DNA of 63,758 nt, counting the filler, from Globobulimina sp. (lineage: Eukaryota): assembly GCA_003354225.1 (NCBI GenBank). It is 17 parts of 17 records of this genome, joined end to end, with 100 filler letters (N's around TTAATTAATTAA, not from the genome) between each part and the next. Parts side by side here need not be neighbours in the genome. Positions count along the whole stretch, not along the records: positions 7,519 to 11,177 come from PIVH01002306.1; positions 11,278 to 14,935 come from PIVH01002307.1; positions 15,036 to 18,693 come from PIVH01002308.1; positions 18,794 to 22,450 come from PIVH01002309.1; 13 more parts are not named here. One strand, 5' to 3'. Under the pieces are notes generated by a model. The model was not told the DNA's origin. It was given only the letters and a program-made list of their open reading frames with translations, and searched no databases. The position numbers were made by a program, and so were the translations under genes. This document shows positions 10,633 to 22,550 of this stretch, in pieces; within the stretch, counting starts at the first letter, position 1; the number at the start of each line of letters is the position of its first letter.

Positions 10633-11175
10633 ATGATAGTGCGTTTTATTCGACATGGTCAGTCCATGTGTAATTTATATCATAACACCGGCGAAGGGTC
10701 TGAGGATGTATGTACCGGTCCGGGTGGTGGAAATTCACATTTGAGTGAAATGGGGATACAGCAAGCAAATGACCTCAATGCATCTATGATTTCGGGAAAC
10801 TGTTTTGGTATATATGAAAGTGATAATAACGGTGAAATTGTATATAGTATAGAAGTGGGTACTCCATTCATAAAGTTTGACGTTAAAACACATAGAGGGA
10901 TGACAAAACTACATGTAAAAAATGACACAAAAATTTTGGTAAGTACAATGAATCGAGCAATGGAAACGGCAACACATGCGTTTAATGGGTTCGGTAATTG
11001 CAAGTTTGAATATACACCATTATTAGAAGAAGTTGTACGGGGAGATAACTACGACAAACGATACAAAGATTATTTAAAATTAGCAAGACAAGTTAAGAAA
11101 ATGGGAAATAGCGACATACGATCAGTTATAATGGTGTGTCATCATAATACAATTAGATACATGATATGTGCATAG
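10633..11175 (+). CDS. Histidine phosphatase (phosphoglycerate mutase superfamily)
   Basis: RHG motif (FIRHGQS), STMNRAMETA and C-terminal VCHHNTIR. No introns. Confidence 0.85.
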   Translation: MIVRFIRHGQSMCNLYHNTGEGSEDVCTGPGGGNSHLSEMGIQQANDLNASMISGNCFGIYESDNNGEIVYSIEVGTPFIKFDVKTHRGMTKLHVKNDTKILVSTMNRAMETATHAFNGFGNCKFEYTPLLEEVVRGDNYDKRYKDYLKLARQVKKMGNSDIRSVIMVCHHNTIRYMICA

Positions 11176-11512
11176 CANNNNNNNNNNNNNNNNNNNNNNN
11201 NNNNNNNNNNNNNNNNNNNNNTTAATTAATTAANNNNNNNNNNNNNNNNNNNNNNNNNNNNNNNNNNNNNNNNNNNNGTGTCAATAGCTGGAATTGCAGT
11301 CTTTATAAATTTAATTTATACTATTTTTTCCATCACACTTTGTAGAAAAAACACTCATATCATTTTAAAATGTGTATGTTTGATTGATTAATAGCTGTTT
11401 GTCGCGTTGAGAAGCAGTTTTTCCGCTTTTTAATTAACATCATATAATTAATAATAAACGTATAGAAAAAAAAAAGGTATAAAAATAAGTTTTGACACAT
11501 TCTGACATTCAT

Positions 11513-12254
11513 TCATGAATCATGATCAGACAAAGGGTCAATCCATTGCTTTATCTCAGATGATAGTGGTGATATTTGATTCTCTGATGATGTTGAATCG
11601 TCACTAGATTTTATTCCATTTATTTCCATTTCAAATCTAGTATATACTTTGCATATTGGTGCACAGAAGTAATGCATAACTGATCCAATAAAGAGAATCG
11701 CAATGATTCCAGATATATTAATAACAAATAAGACGCCATCCGTTGGCAATAATAATCTGCATTCATTGCGCGCTGCATTGCATGCAATATACACTGATGA
11801 TACGCTGAATGGAATTATCCAAAATGTGAAAATCATAAAAATTTTAAAATGTCCATTTGGTCCACATGCTGGTGTATAATACGTGGCAGCACTCAATACA
11901 ATACATATAAATCCGGCTAACGAAGATGCTGAATATTCAAATTAGGGAAACCAAATGTTTTCAAACTGATTAATACACAAATGATGCATATACATTATAC
12001 ATACCTGTTACCCATGAACGTGCAGTCATATGTCTGAAACCAAAAGCAAACATTACAAAAAAAAACCAGAATAAATATGCATATAATATTAATGATGATA
12101 AGCGTGTCTGTGATTCAACATAAAAATATAAACATCTACAACATGGATTATATTTTGTTTCCTCAGATTCAAGTGTATAATCTTCCTCATGCTCATCTTC
12201 TGTCCCGTCTTGATCAAGATTGTCGACTTTATAATATGCTTCATGGTAACGCAT
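11513..12254 (-). CDS. Multi-pass membrane protein of unknown function, two exons
   Basis: ORFs 11970-12254 and 11513-11896 both carry hydrophobic helices, separated by a GT...AG intron near 11942-12003. Confidence 0.6.
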
Positions 12255-12283
12255 CTTTTCAAGTAAATTCTGAAGTTAAAAGC

Positions 12284-13906
12284 ATGCTGTCATCTGCAAC
12301 AAAAAATAAATACCAACTTGTAACATTGCGCAAACGATATATATTCCCAATCACAATATGTGCCTCGTTTCTACTATTTCTGCCCATCACTATTTTTGTT
12401 CTACAAATATTGTTTCATTCATGTCCGAACCAAATGTTTAGTATTTTATCCATTCCGGCATTGCAACACCGAGACCACATCATGTATATTGCACCATATT
12501 TAATATTATGTCCAGTATAGAAATAGAAACAAATACTCCGCCAATACCGTCATGGATCAGCAAACGTTCGCAGCGCAACTTATTACCCAACACAAACGCC
12601 AATGTCGTAATAGCACCAAACGACAGCAACTACGATCCAGTCCGTGACGCATTGATATTTGTGTCAATCGCAGCATTCCGCGATGTAGAATGTCGCAACA
12701 CCGTATTGCAAGTAATCGAGCAAGCTAAGTATCCAAATAGATTAAGGTTTGGCATATTTACACAAAACAATATTACCGACCCTGATTGTGCTGATTTTCG
12801 AGATGTGCTAAATTGTGACTCTCATCACGATTATTCGTACCTATATAAACATGATGGTGACAACCCGCACAGTGCAAGCAATAAAGGTATGCATTGTTGC
12901 AAAATGTGCATTTTCTGATTCTTTTTGTGATGCAATCTATTTAATACTAAACAAAAATGCTGCAGTAAACAATTGGAAACAGAGATACAAGGATAAAGAA
13001 CATGTTTTGTGCCGCCGCTTATGGCAAATCAAAATCGACCGAATAGATTGGAAGGATGGCTTAGGTCCAACTTATGGGCGTTATCGCGCAGAATTGTTTT
13101 ATGATAATGAAGAATATGTATTGCAAATGGACTCACATACTGCATTTACACAGAATTGGGATGTCATACTAATTAAAATGCATATTAGTTTGAACAATGA
13201 CTATGGTGTCATCACCACTTATCCAAAACCATTGCGATACCCTACTTTATGGCATTGGAAGGCTGGAACTAAGAACAAGCAAAATAACGATATGTATGTT
13301 ATTTGCAGTACGCAAATATTAAAAGACAAAATAACAAAATCATTCAAGTTGAAGCCAGCGCGCGTCATAAAGAACATCGGTCGGCCCATATTAACTGCAT
13401 TTTTTGCCGCTGGCTTTTCATTCCAAAGAGGTCATAGATTAACAAATGTGCCATATGACCCATACAGTGCTTTTTTGTTTGATGGGGAGGAGATGTCAAT
13501 GGCAGCAAGAATGTGGACAAATGGCTACGATTTTTATACTCCAAATTTGGATGTTGTGTATCATTTATATTCACCCAACAATGCGAAAATACGTCCGGTT
13601 TTTTGGGAGTTTGAATGGAATATTAAATGGAAAATTGCGAGAGATTCGGAATATAGAATTAATTTTATATTGAAGTTACATGACAAATTCCATCCAAACG
13701 TTCCATTCAATAAATATGATTTACGAGAGATTGATAAATATGGTTTAGGGAATAAAAGGAATATTGAGGATTTCTGGAATTTTACACGGATTGATTTAGA
13801 TACGTTTGAGTCGCAGGATTTGTGTAATATTTATAAAAATGGTGGAATGGATAAGTTTAGAGTTTGTTGGATGAATAAAAGTCAAGATCCATATAAACCA
13901 ATCTAA
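12284..13906 (+). CDS. GT60-family (Gnt1/Gnt2-like) polypeptide alpha-GlcNAc transferase with N-terminal signal anchor
   Basis: IFVSIAAFRDVEC, GPTYGRY, LQMDSH, FAAGFSF, VPYDP, FDGEE and RMWTNGYDFYTP motifs. Introns 12436-12515 and 12887-12965 restore the frame. Confidence 0.85.
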
Positions 13907-13981
13907 AAATAATTTGCTTTCTTGTTTGCCTTTAACGTTGTTCGATTCTCTACAGTTTTCAGAGAGTGTCGCCATTTATAC

Positions 13982-14935
13982 ATGGCGTTTCAGCGCATTG
14001 ACATAGCATTAGCGCAATATTATACACAATGTGGACGGAATGATTATTATGATGATGATGGAGACGGTAAATTTATGCGATTTGCGATTGAAAATGAATT
14101 TGACGAAAATCAAATCGATTTAGAATTAGGACATAATGTGGTTGCAAAGGATTCTTTATTTGTTGATTTCGATGATAATTTCCCATTAAATGAAAACAAA
14201 CCATATTCACGTAATGATAAAATATTAAATATATTAAAATATTGTTATAAATATGGAAAATCACCGCCTACAAATACAATAAATACAATTGAACGTTTAT
14301 TAAATTTACCCACACAAATATTAGATGATAATGGGTTTATTTTAAAGTGGGAACATATTGAAAACGCAATAAAACAGGAATTATACGATAGAATATCCTC
14401 TTCGTTTATGATCCGTGTAAATGGTAACAAACGATATGAAAATGTAACTGATTTATTAAATGCGTTAAAAAATAAGAAACACATTGATCAAAAAGAAATA
14501 AATTATATTAAACAAACCATTTACAGAGCAAAAACATTCTATTTAACGCAAAATAATGGTATGCATTTATTCAAATTATTTTTATGATAAACACCATTCA
14601 TTCTTTGTTGTATTAAAGGCGCTGATCGAACATTTCATAATATTACATATGGTATGTTGTATTATCTGTAATTCTTATATTATTTGCTCAGTATAAACAT
14701 ACATAATTATGATAGTGGATAAACGACGAAAAGAAAGCACATTCGTGGATGATATGTTTGGCGTAGTTGACGCAAGTAAAGGTATAACAATTGGTGAATT
14801 GAGAAAAATGAATAACTATATACACGAAGAAGAATATGATACTGATGCTATTTATAATGATTTAAATGATGCAATCGATGTTGATCATGGATTGGTTGAT
14901 GGAACAGTGTCAATATCACGTCATGATTCAGAGTG
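13982..14935 (+). CDS. Hypothetical protein, spliced, 3' partial
   Basis: ORF MAFQRIDIALAQYY... to about 14558, then short introns and exons continuing into ORF 14709 up to the contig end. Confidence 0.6.
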
Positions 14936-15035
14936 NNNNNNNNNNNNNNNNNNNNNNNNNNNNNNNNNNNNNNNNNNNNTTAATTAATTAANNNNNNNNN
15001 NNNNNNNNNNNNNNNNNNNNNNNNNNNNNNNNNNN

Positions 15036-15804
15036 TTGCAGATGGATTATCTGTTGGTGTCGCAGTTGGATTATTGGTAGAAACACTAGGCATAATCGTT
15101 GGATTGTTCGTAGGAAACATAGTTGGATTGGAAGTAGGTTGCCATGTATGTATCCATGACGTTATAGTGATATTAGTGAATGTTCCGTTACCTATATCAT
15201 ACGGCGTAGTGCTGTATTTATTGCTCATCCACCAGACTGGGACAACATTGCCAATAAGTTCTTTTTGCGTAGGGTTTCGTGTCCATGTTCTGCTCCAATC
15301 AGAAGCAAGGCGCCATCCACCATGCACGGGATTGTCGTTGTTGGTGATTTGGACGGTTATAGAGCTTCTATTGAACGCTATGTTAATATGATAGGAGGTT
15401 CCTTTGTATATAAGGACATAGCCATCCAATGGTTGTTGTTGAGAGCAGGTACTGCCGCTTGGGACTTTAACCAGCATATAATTGTTAGTGTGAGATAGCC
15501 AGAATGACGGATATCTGCTTTCTTCGCCAGCGCAATAACGACCGGCGTTCGCATCGTGTCCTACGCGAAAGAAGTTCTCTTCAAAGCCTGATGACCTGCC
15601 ATGAAACGTAAAATCAAATTCTGCACTCATGACTTGACCAATTTGAATTGTACCATATGAGATGGATTGTTGAGGAACCATATGATCTGACTTCCATATA
15701 TCTTCACCATTTGTTCCACTCTCTTTTCGATATGTATTTACTAGGCATTTATATGAGTCTATTACAAAAGTTAGTAAAATGCAAATAGCTTGCAAAGAGG
15801 ACAT
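15036..15804 (-). CDS. Secreted or surface protein with PT(x)xPT mucin-like repeats (3' partial)
   Basis: Signal-peptide-like MSSLQAICILLTFV, a beta-rich domain, then PTSNPTMFPTNNPT repeats. Confidence 0.75.
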
Positions 15805-16118
15805 GTAGCCAGGGTGCAGTAAAAAAAAACTTTCAAAAATTTCTAATTTTATCGACAAAGCAAATGGTAATCAAGTACCAATTCATTACGTACTATTATC
15901 TAAGGATTTAAAACTCAAAGCTGTCAAACTAAAATTAACGAAATGTTTTTATCGATGAATAAATTATTTTACTTTGCAGCTGATTTGCAGCTGATTTGCA
16001 GATCTCGGATTTTCGCACAAACCACACATTAAATTCTCCGTTGCATCACCGCCATCCGTTGGATCACCGCCATCACGTACTTTAAATTTAAATTTTGAAA
16101 TCAACAAAATTGTAAAGA

Positions 16119-16958
16119 ATGATGAATATCATGTACACATTGGCAATACTAATGATAATGACGCATGGATCAGATAATGCATTGAGAAAAAATAGTGCAC
16201 TCTTTTCAAGCAACCAAGATGTTATGGAAAATATTATATCATTTTTGGGCCCCAATTACAAACCACTAAAAGTCAATCAATTAATGACCAGAGTTAGCGG
16301 CTCCTCAGTGAGCATTGACACGTTTATTGACAAATTGATTGTATTTTGTGATGCTGATGATGCAGATAAAAAAATCGCAGAATCATGGTATCAAACAGTA
16401 TGGCGCTCATTTGATGACTCTAAAAAAAGATTAATCCAACAAACAGCATTAGCGCAAGGTGTATGCGAACCGACTGCTTTTAATTGGTTTAATTGGTTTA
16501 TTCGGTCACGTTTAAGTGAACCGAACGCGTTGCAACGTATTACATCCTCATTTTGGTTTACTACTTTCTTTCCACAGCAAGATCTGTTTGCAACTATGAA
16601 TCTAACATCGATGGTATCATTTTGTTTGGACGCTACAACGTGTAATGATTATTATTCCGCTGTAACTGTAAAAAACAGAGTGGACAATTTACGAGATATT
16701 ATTGATTATTTTATTGGAATTCATGGACACAACGCAGTGCTGCAAGATGTAAATCAAGAATTACAGACATTTTTTTGGAGACGTATGGAAACTGAATATC
16801 CAACATTACTCGCAAATTTTTTAAAATTTTGGTTCAGGAGAACAGGTTTAACATTTCTTTATGGTGACAGAAGAACCCCATGGTCAATGGTGACTGAGCC
16901 AGCAATAAAACGTGTAATTATTATGAATTCACAGAAAATGTCAAACAGTACAATGTGA
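16119..16958 (+). CDS. Hypothetical secreted protein
   Basis: 279-aa ORF with a hydrophobic N-terminus. No family recognised. Confidence 0.65.
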   Translation: MMNIMYTLAILMIMTHGSDNALRKNSALFSSNQDVMENIISFLGPNYKPLKVNQLMTRVSGSSVSIDTFIDKLIVFCDADDADKKIAESWYQTVWRSFDDSKKRLIQQTALAQGVCEPTAFNWFNWFIRSRLSEPNALQRITSSFWFTTFFPQQDLFATMNLTSMVSFCLDATTCNDYYSAVTVKNRVDNLRDIIDYFIGIHGHNAVLQDVNQELQTFFWRRMETEYPTLLANFLKFWFRRTGLTFLYGDRRTPWSMVTEPAIKRVIIMNSQKMSNSTM

Positions 16959-17128
16959 CTTTTTTCCTTTTTAGATTTAAAATTAAATTTGAAGTGATTA
17001 TTTTCATTTTCCTTGCAATGAATAACAAAATTTTAAAGCTAGAAAGTATAACCAAATATATACAACTCGACGTTCACAATTCGGAAAGAAGAAACTTTAA
17101 ATATATTTAAAACACAAAAATAATAACA

Positions 17129-18595
17129 TCAAACATTAAATGCTTTTGCAAATTGTGCGGCTGTTTTTTTATATCTCTCCATTTCAGTTAAAATCAATCT
17201 CATTTCTTGTTCAGTTTCAACTTTTTTCGCATTTATTTTTGCGCACTGTTTCTCCCATTTTTGTCTGCAATTTGTTTCTGCACTTAACTTATTTTCGGTA
17301 ACTTTTAATTTTTGTTTATTTGATAATATGTCCGATTTGATATTCTTTATTTCTTTTGTTTTTTCTTCCATTTCCGAGTCATATTTATTTTGTATATTCG
17401 TTTTTTCCTTTTCCCACAACTTTTTCATTTCTTGCACTTCGTTGGTTACATAGTGTATCATTTCTTCTTTTTCTTTCAATTTATTTTTGCACTCTTTGTA
17501 CAATTCATAATATTCATTGGATTTATTTTTACATTCTTCCAATTCTTGCTTATAATCATCAATCCCAATTTCTTTATATTTATTCAATTCCTTTTCTAAA
17601 ATTAAATAATTATCTTTTAAATCGTCAATCTCTCCCAATAATTCATTCTGTTTTGTTAGATGTGAATCAATCGTATCTTTTAAATCATTTTTATCCCGTT
17701 TTAACGCGGAAATTGTCTCATTTTGGTCGTTTAGCATTACTGCTTTTATTTTGATGCCATCATTTAATGAATTTATTTCACAAATATTCTTTTTTAATTT
17801 TTTTTCTATTTCTTCCAATCTGTCTCTTTCTGTTTCGCTTTCATTCTCTAATAATGTTAGTTTATTTTTCATTGATTTAATTTCGTCATTGAGGCTGTTA
17901 TTAATTGCTCGCAATTTATTATTATTTTCTTTCATTGCTACAAATTGTTCTTGCAAATTATGCTTAATTACATTATTTGTTTCATTTTGTTTCAAAATAT
18001 CCTTATTTTGATTGTTTATTTTATTTAATTCATTATTTAAATGATTAATATCGGTCTTATATTTAATAATGTTTTTATTTTGTTTTTGAACGACTTCATT
18101 TAATTCCAATATTGTTTTTTTTAGTTTTCTTTCATTTTGTAATGATTCCTTTAACAACGTTTTTAAATCAATAATATCTGACGATATGTGCGCATTTTTC
18201 GTTTCATTTTCTTGTATTCGAATTATAAATTTATGATTTAATGTTTCTATCTCGGATTTATATTTCATTATTTCTGAATCTTTATTTTGTAGATTGATTT
18301 CATAATTTTTTAGTTGATTTGTTATTTCCTTACATTGGCTGCGCAAATTATTTAAGGTTTCTTTCCAAATTTCTTTATCATATTCATAATTTTTTATGGT
18401 CGATTTTAAATTATTAATCTGTGAATTTAATATTTGATTGGTTTGCTTTGATAGCAATAACTGTTGATCCGTTTGTTGTTTTTTTTGGATTAATTCATCG
18501 ATTCGGTCGCTTTGTAACTTATTGGTTATTTTCTGATTATTTTTGATTTCTTTCAGTTCAAATTGAGACTGCGAATTTCAAGTTAGTGTCAAGAA
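17129..18595 (-). CDS. Long coiled-coil protein (5' end uncertain)
   Basis: K/E/L/N-rich heptads over more than 440 aa. The frame continues upstream of the annotated TTG. Confidence 0.75.
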
Positions 18596-18808
18596 GATGA
18601 CCACTTGAATTATGTTCGAGCAAACGGGAGAAATAAATTAAAATAATATTAAAGTTATTAATTGGTAGAAATGAGCCAATCAATAGTATTATTNNNNNNN
18701 NNNNNNNNNNNNNNNNNNNNNNNNNNNNNNNNNNNNNTTAATTAATTAANNNNNNNNNNNNNNNNNNNNNNNNNNNNNNNNNNNNNNNNNNNNATTTATG
18801 AGTATAAT

Positions 18809-19210
18809 ATGAAATTATGTCGGAAATTAAAGAAATATCTTAAGAAAATATTGCCCATTGAATTAATACAAGAAATATACAGTTTTAGTCGTATGCTGTT
18901 ATCAAATGATAAAATTAAATTGGTCTCGCATACAAAACAAAGAATTGCATTAAGAGCTGCATCGAGAATGAATCATATTTGGATCTGGAAACGCTATCAA
19001 ATCGTAAAACGGCTTAAAAACATAAATGCATTCGAATATTGCTGTTGGATGGCTGTTTTGTATCATTTTAAATCGAAACATTTCGTTTTATCCATCGTTC
19101 ACAAAATGATACAAAACACATGTCATTTTTGTAAAATATCCAAACATACACTAAAAATGATTGTTATTCAACTCATATTGTCGTTTTTATTTTATTTATT
19201 TATCACTTAA
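18809..19210 (+). CDS. Hypothetical protein fragment
   Basis: 133-aa ORF at the contig start. No motif recognised. Confidence 0.35.
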   Translation: MKLCRKLKKYLKKILPIELIQEIYSFSRMLLSNDKIKLVSHTKQRIALRAASRMNHIWIWKRYQIVKRLKNINAFEYCCWMAVLYHFKSKHFVLSIVHKMIQNTCHFCKISKHTLKMIVIQLILSFLFYLFIT

Positions 19211-19482
19211 CAGATATTTAAGAATTTAACTCACTGTTTGACTGTTTGGCTTATATTTAAAATGTATTATATATAAACAATGTAGTAATAAAAATATGTG
19301 TTTGTTCATCAAGAAAATTATTAATTTCCTCTTTTTCTTCTTTCAGTTTTACTAAATCTTCATATTTCCGCTGTGCACGAGAGCAACGTTTCTTTTTCTG
19401 AATGCAATCGCTGATTTATTTCTGTAGAATGTGCAAACTGCAAAATCAAAAGAGTTGGTGCAAGGATTGTTGGTTAACGAGG

Positions 19483-20739
19483 TCAAGGAACCAACTTCTT
19501 TGCATTTTCAATGCGTTTGATAAACCGTGACATTTCTGGTTTGCATTGTGCCGCTAACTCATGCAAAGCAAAGGCAACATTCATCTCCTCTGAGAGTGCA
19601 CTTTTATCAGCCTCTAAAGTGTCAAACATTTCGTCCAATACAGTTTCACCGACACTTGACCGCACAATATATCTCCAATCCGATTTCCGTGGATCCCGAA
19701 TCAAATAATCCTCCTCATTTAAATATCCATTCGCTTTCAATGCTTTATGGATATTTTTACTAATTTCTGTAGTCACAGCATCTCCAATCTGTCGATAAAA
19801 ATATAAGGAACCAACCGGAGTTTCACTGATCTCACAAATCTCAGAAACAGAATCCCCATTTTTCTGCAAAATCTGTAATTGCCGCGTAACAATTCCCAAT
19901 ACGCGCGAATCTTTGCTCATTGCTACAAATAACACCGGAATGAACATATTGAACGGCACATCATCAAAGCCAATGTTTATAGGCGAGATTTGCACAATAA
20001 CCCCATCTGAAAATGCAATCAATCAAACAATGCAAAGTCATTGGTGTTTTTTTTTCAAAATTTGAACAAAATATGCTTGCACAATGTTACCTAATCCAAC
20101 TTTCTCAATGAAATCGACATTTGTAGCTAACGAGCCAACAAATGTGCCGCCACTGGAAGCTCCAAAAGCATATAACGGCAATAAATTAATGTCAAATTCT
20201 TGCCTGAAATGCAACAATATTTGCTCGACAGGCCCTGAGTCCATGGCTTGATTCCAGCATTTTGAGAGCCGATTTTGCGAGGAAATGGTGATAACAATAA
20301 ATTTTTGTTTGAGAAAGAACCGAATCAATGATCTCTCCTCTGGCAAACCCAAACATTGTGGACAATTAATAGATGCCGCAAAGAAATCAGTGGCAGAATG
20401 GGAACAGCCATGAGCTAAAAATATGATTCCTTTTGACTTTGTTCTTTCAACACCAATTGGAAATTGATACATATATTCTGTTTCAAATAATATCTCTTTC
20501 TTTGCAGGGTTGCTGGTGGCTAATTTGTTATACATGGCTGAGGATTCACGTAATGTACGAATATTTGGGGCTGAATAAATGAAAATATAATATAATAAAA
20601 CTATAATACATAAGACACTGAATATTAGTGCTCCTTTTGTGGTGGAAGGTTGTTCTGTTAATGGGGCGGATTTGGGTTTCGCATTTGGTTGTGGTGTGCG
20701 ATGACGTATTTTGATGCCATTCATTTGTCTTCTATTCAT
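19483..20739 (-). CDS. Type II membrane alpha/beta hydrolase, spliced
   Basis: Signal anchor, FLAHGCSHSA, CLGLPEE, nucleophile elbow FGASSGG and a late AFALHE histidine. Intron at about 20029-20089. A short extra last exon is possible. Confidence 0.75.
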
Positions 20740-20933
20740 TAATTTCAGTAAGCTTTTTCACTCTTTGCAAAAACTGTAATTTAATCCATTTAAATTATGA
20801 ACTACTATTTTGTGGTTGTGCAATATAAGAACAACCCCTATGGAAATGGATGATTATTTATGGAAAGGTTCTTATTACAGATCAAGATCAAGAATAAGAA
20901 AAAGATTTATTTAAGACAAGTTGAAGTGCGATC

Positions 20934-21905
20934 ATGTCAAGTTTATTAGGCTTAGCAAGTGTTTATTTTATAACCTGCAGTGCACGATTAAGACCGTTAT
21001 CTGTGACAACTGAACCAGGCACAACTATTTCATTAGAAACAATTGTATATAATGCTTTTTCGATTCAATGGAAACCGCAAATATGTTATAAGAGCACAGC
21101 AGAAAATTGTCATAATGATTCAATAGGAAACATTACAATTCATGGCATTTGGCCTAATTATTATAGTGGTGGATGGCCAGCTTACTGTCCTGGACCAAAA
21201 CTACAATCTGACGATGTACAATGTGTGCAAAGTGGATTAGAAATTTATTGGCCAACATTAAAAAATTCAAACACAAATTTTGTATTCTGGTCGTATGAAT
21301 GGGAAAAGCATGGGGTTTGTTGGTCCATTATGAATGCAACACAATATTTCGCATTTGCATTAGAATGGATACACAACGAAGGTTATGGTGATATACAATA
21401 TATATTAGCTGCGAATGGTATATATGCCTCAAATGAAAATATATATTCAGTGCAAGATGTAACAGATGCATTAAATGAGGGATTAAATCAAAAATCCGTT
21501 GTTCGATGTAAAAATGGTAAATATATCAATGAATTCTTTGTGTGTCGGGATTGGTTTGGTGCAAAAATTGATTGTCCTGATAATTTATTATCGAATTGTA
21601 ATGATAAAGTTATTTTATCCTTGCAAGTGTTGCCAGACGCAAGTATTGCCACTGTTGGCACAGCGCAAATCATAGAGGACAATGATGATTTGATGGCACT
21701 TAATAAGATTGAATATGATAATAGTTCTAGTTATAATATTCAAATGTTTTTATTAATTACTTTTATATTTATTGTTTTATGGATATGTGCTACAAAAACA
21801 TTTCAACAATTTAAACAAAGGAATGGCTATAAACAAATCAACAGCAATAATAATAATAATAATAGACATCATATGCCTCATAGTAAAGTGATGCTTTTAA
21901 TGTGA
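20934..21905 (+). CDS. Ribonuclease T2 family protein with signal peptide and C-terminal TM helix
   Basis: CAS I TIHGIWP, CAS II FWSYEWEKHGVC, conserved cysteines and hydrophobic MFLLITFIFIVLWICA. Confidence 0.93.
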   Translation: MSSLLGLASVYFITCSARLRPLSVTTEPGTTISLETIVYNAFSIQWKPQICYKSTAENCHNDSIGNITIHGIWPNYYSGGWPAYCPGPKLQSDDVQCVQSGLEIYWPTLKNSNTNFVFWSYEWEKHGVCWSIMNATQYFAFALEWIHNEGYGDIQYILAANGIYASNENIYSVQDVTDALNEGLNQKSVVRCKNGKYINEFFVCRDWFGAKIDCPDNLLSNCNDKVILSLQVLPDASIATVGTAQIIEDNDDLMALNKIEYDNSSSYNIQMFLLITFIFIVLWICATKTFQQFKQRNGYKQINSNNNNNNRHHMPHSKVMLLM

Positions 21906-22079
21906 AATTTGTTTATTGAGGTTCTAGATATCATTAAATTGGATTAAATCATTGTAAGTAGGTTCTAGATGTCAATTAAATTAAAAACTTTTTCACTTTC
22001 TTAATGCTAACACTATGTTAAAATACGACAGCAATCAATGTATGATTTTAAACTTATATGTAAAATCGTACAATATTAA

Positions 22080-22150
22080 AGTAAGTTTATCACTGAGAAC
22101 CAGAAGATTATTAAACCAATTTTGTTCTGGTTCTCAGCCATAAACTTACT
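22080..22150. repeat. Intergenic inverted repeat, 26-bp arms and 19-nt loop
   Basis: AGTAAGTTTATCACTGAGAACCAGAA pairs with TTCTGGTTCTCAGCCATAAACTTACT at 24 of 26 positions. Confidence 0.9.
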
Positions 22151-22209
22151 AACGAACAAATAAAATAAATTAAAACAAACAGAGCTTACCTTAAATCATA
22201 GTGTCGTCA

Positions 22210-22450
22210 ATGGATTTGTTCAATTTATTTTCTAAATTCAAGGTTTCTGCAATATTTATTGCAATAATAATATTAATTATAATAATTTTGAAATGGCCAC
22301 TAACAAAATTATTTTTTTCAAATAAAAAAGAAAATACAAAACGAAAAAAGAAAAGGAAAATTCCAATTAAAAGAGAAGCGATTGAACAGTGGTTAAATAA
22401 TAATACAAATGCAGATATCAATGATTTAAGACAAAAATATAATGATGAAA
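22210..22450 (+). CDS. Hypothetical signal-anchored protein (3' partial)
   Basis: N-terminal TM helix followed by a basic stretch, running into the spacer. Confidence 0.55.
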
Positions 22451-22550
22451 NNNNNNNNNNNNNNNNNNNNNNNNNNNNNNNNNNNNNNNNNNNNTTAATT
22501 AATTAANNNNNNNNNNNNNNNNNNNNNNNNNNNNNNNNNNNNNNNNNNNN

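Noticed and set aside
15973-16075. Short direct repeats (TTTGCAGCTGA x2.5; ATCACCGCCATC x2) between divergent genes
   Set aside because: They are too short to distinguish regulatory sites from slippage.
286-16958. Alternative genetic code
   Set aside because: TAG, TAA and TGA each end long ORFs (286, 8789, 16958), and most ORF breaks are explained by GT-AG introns.
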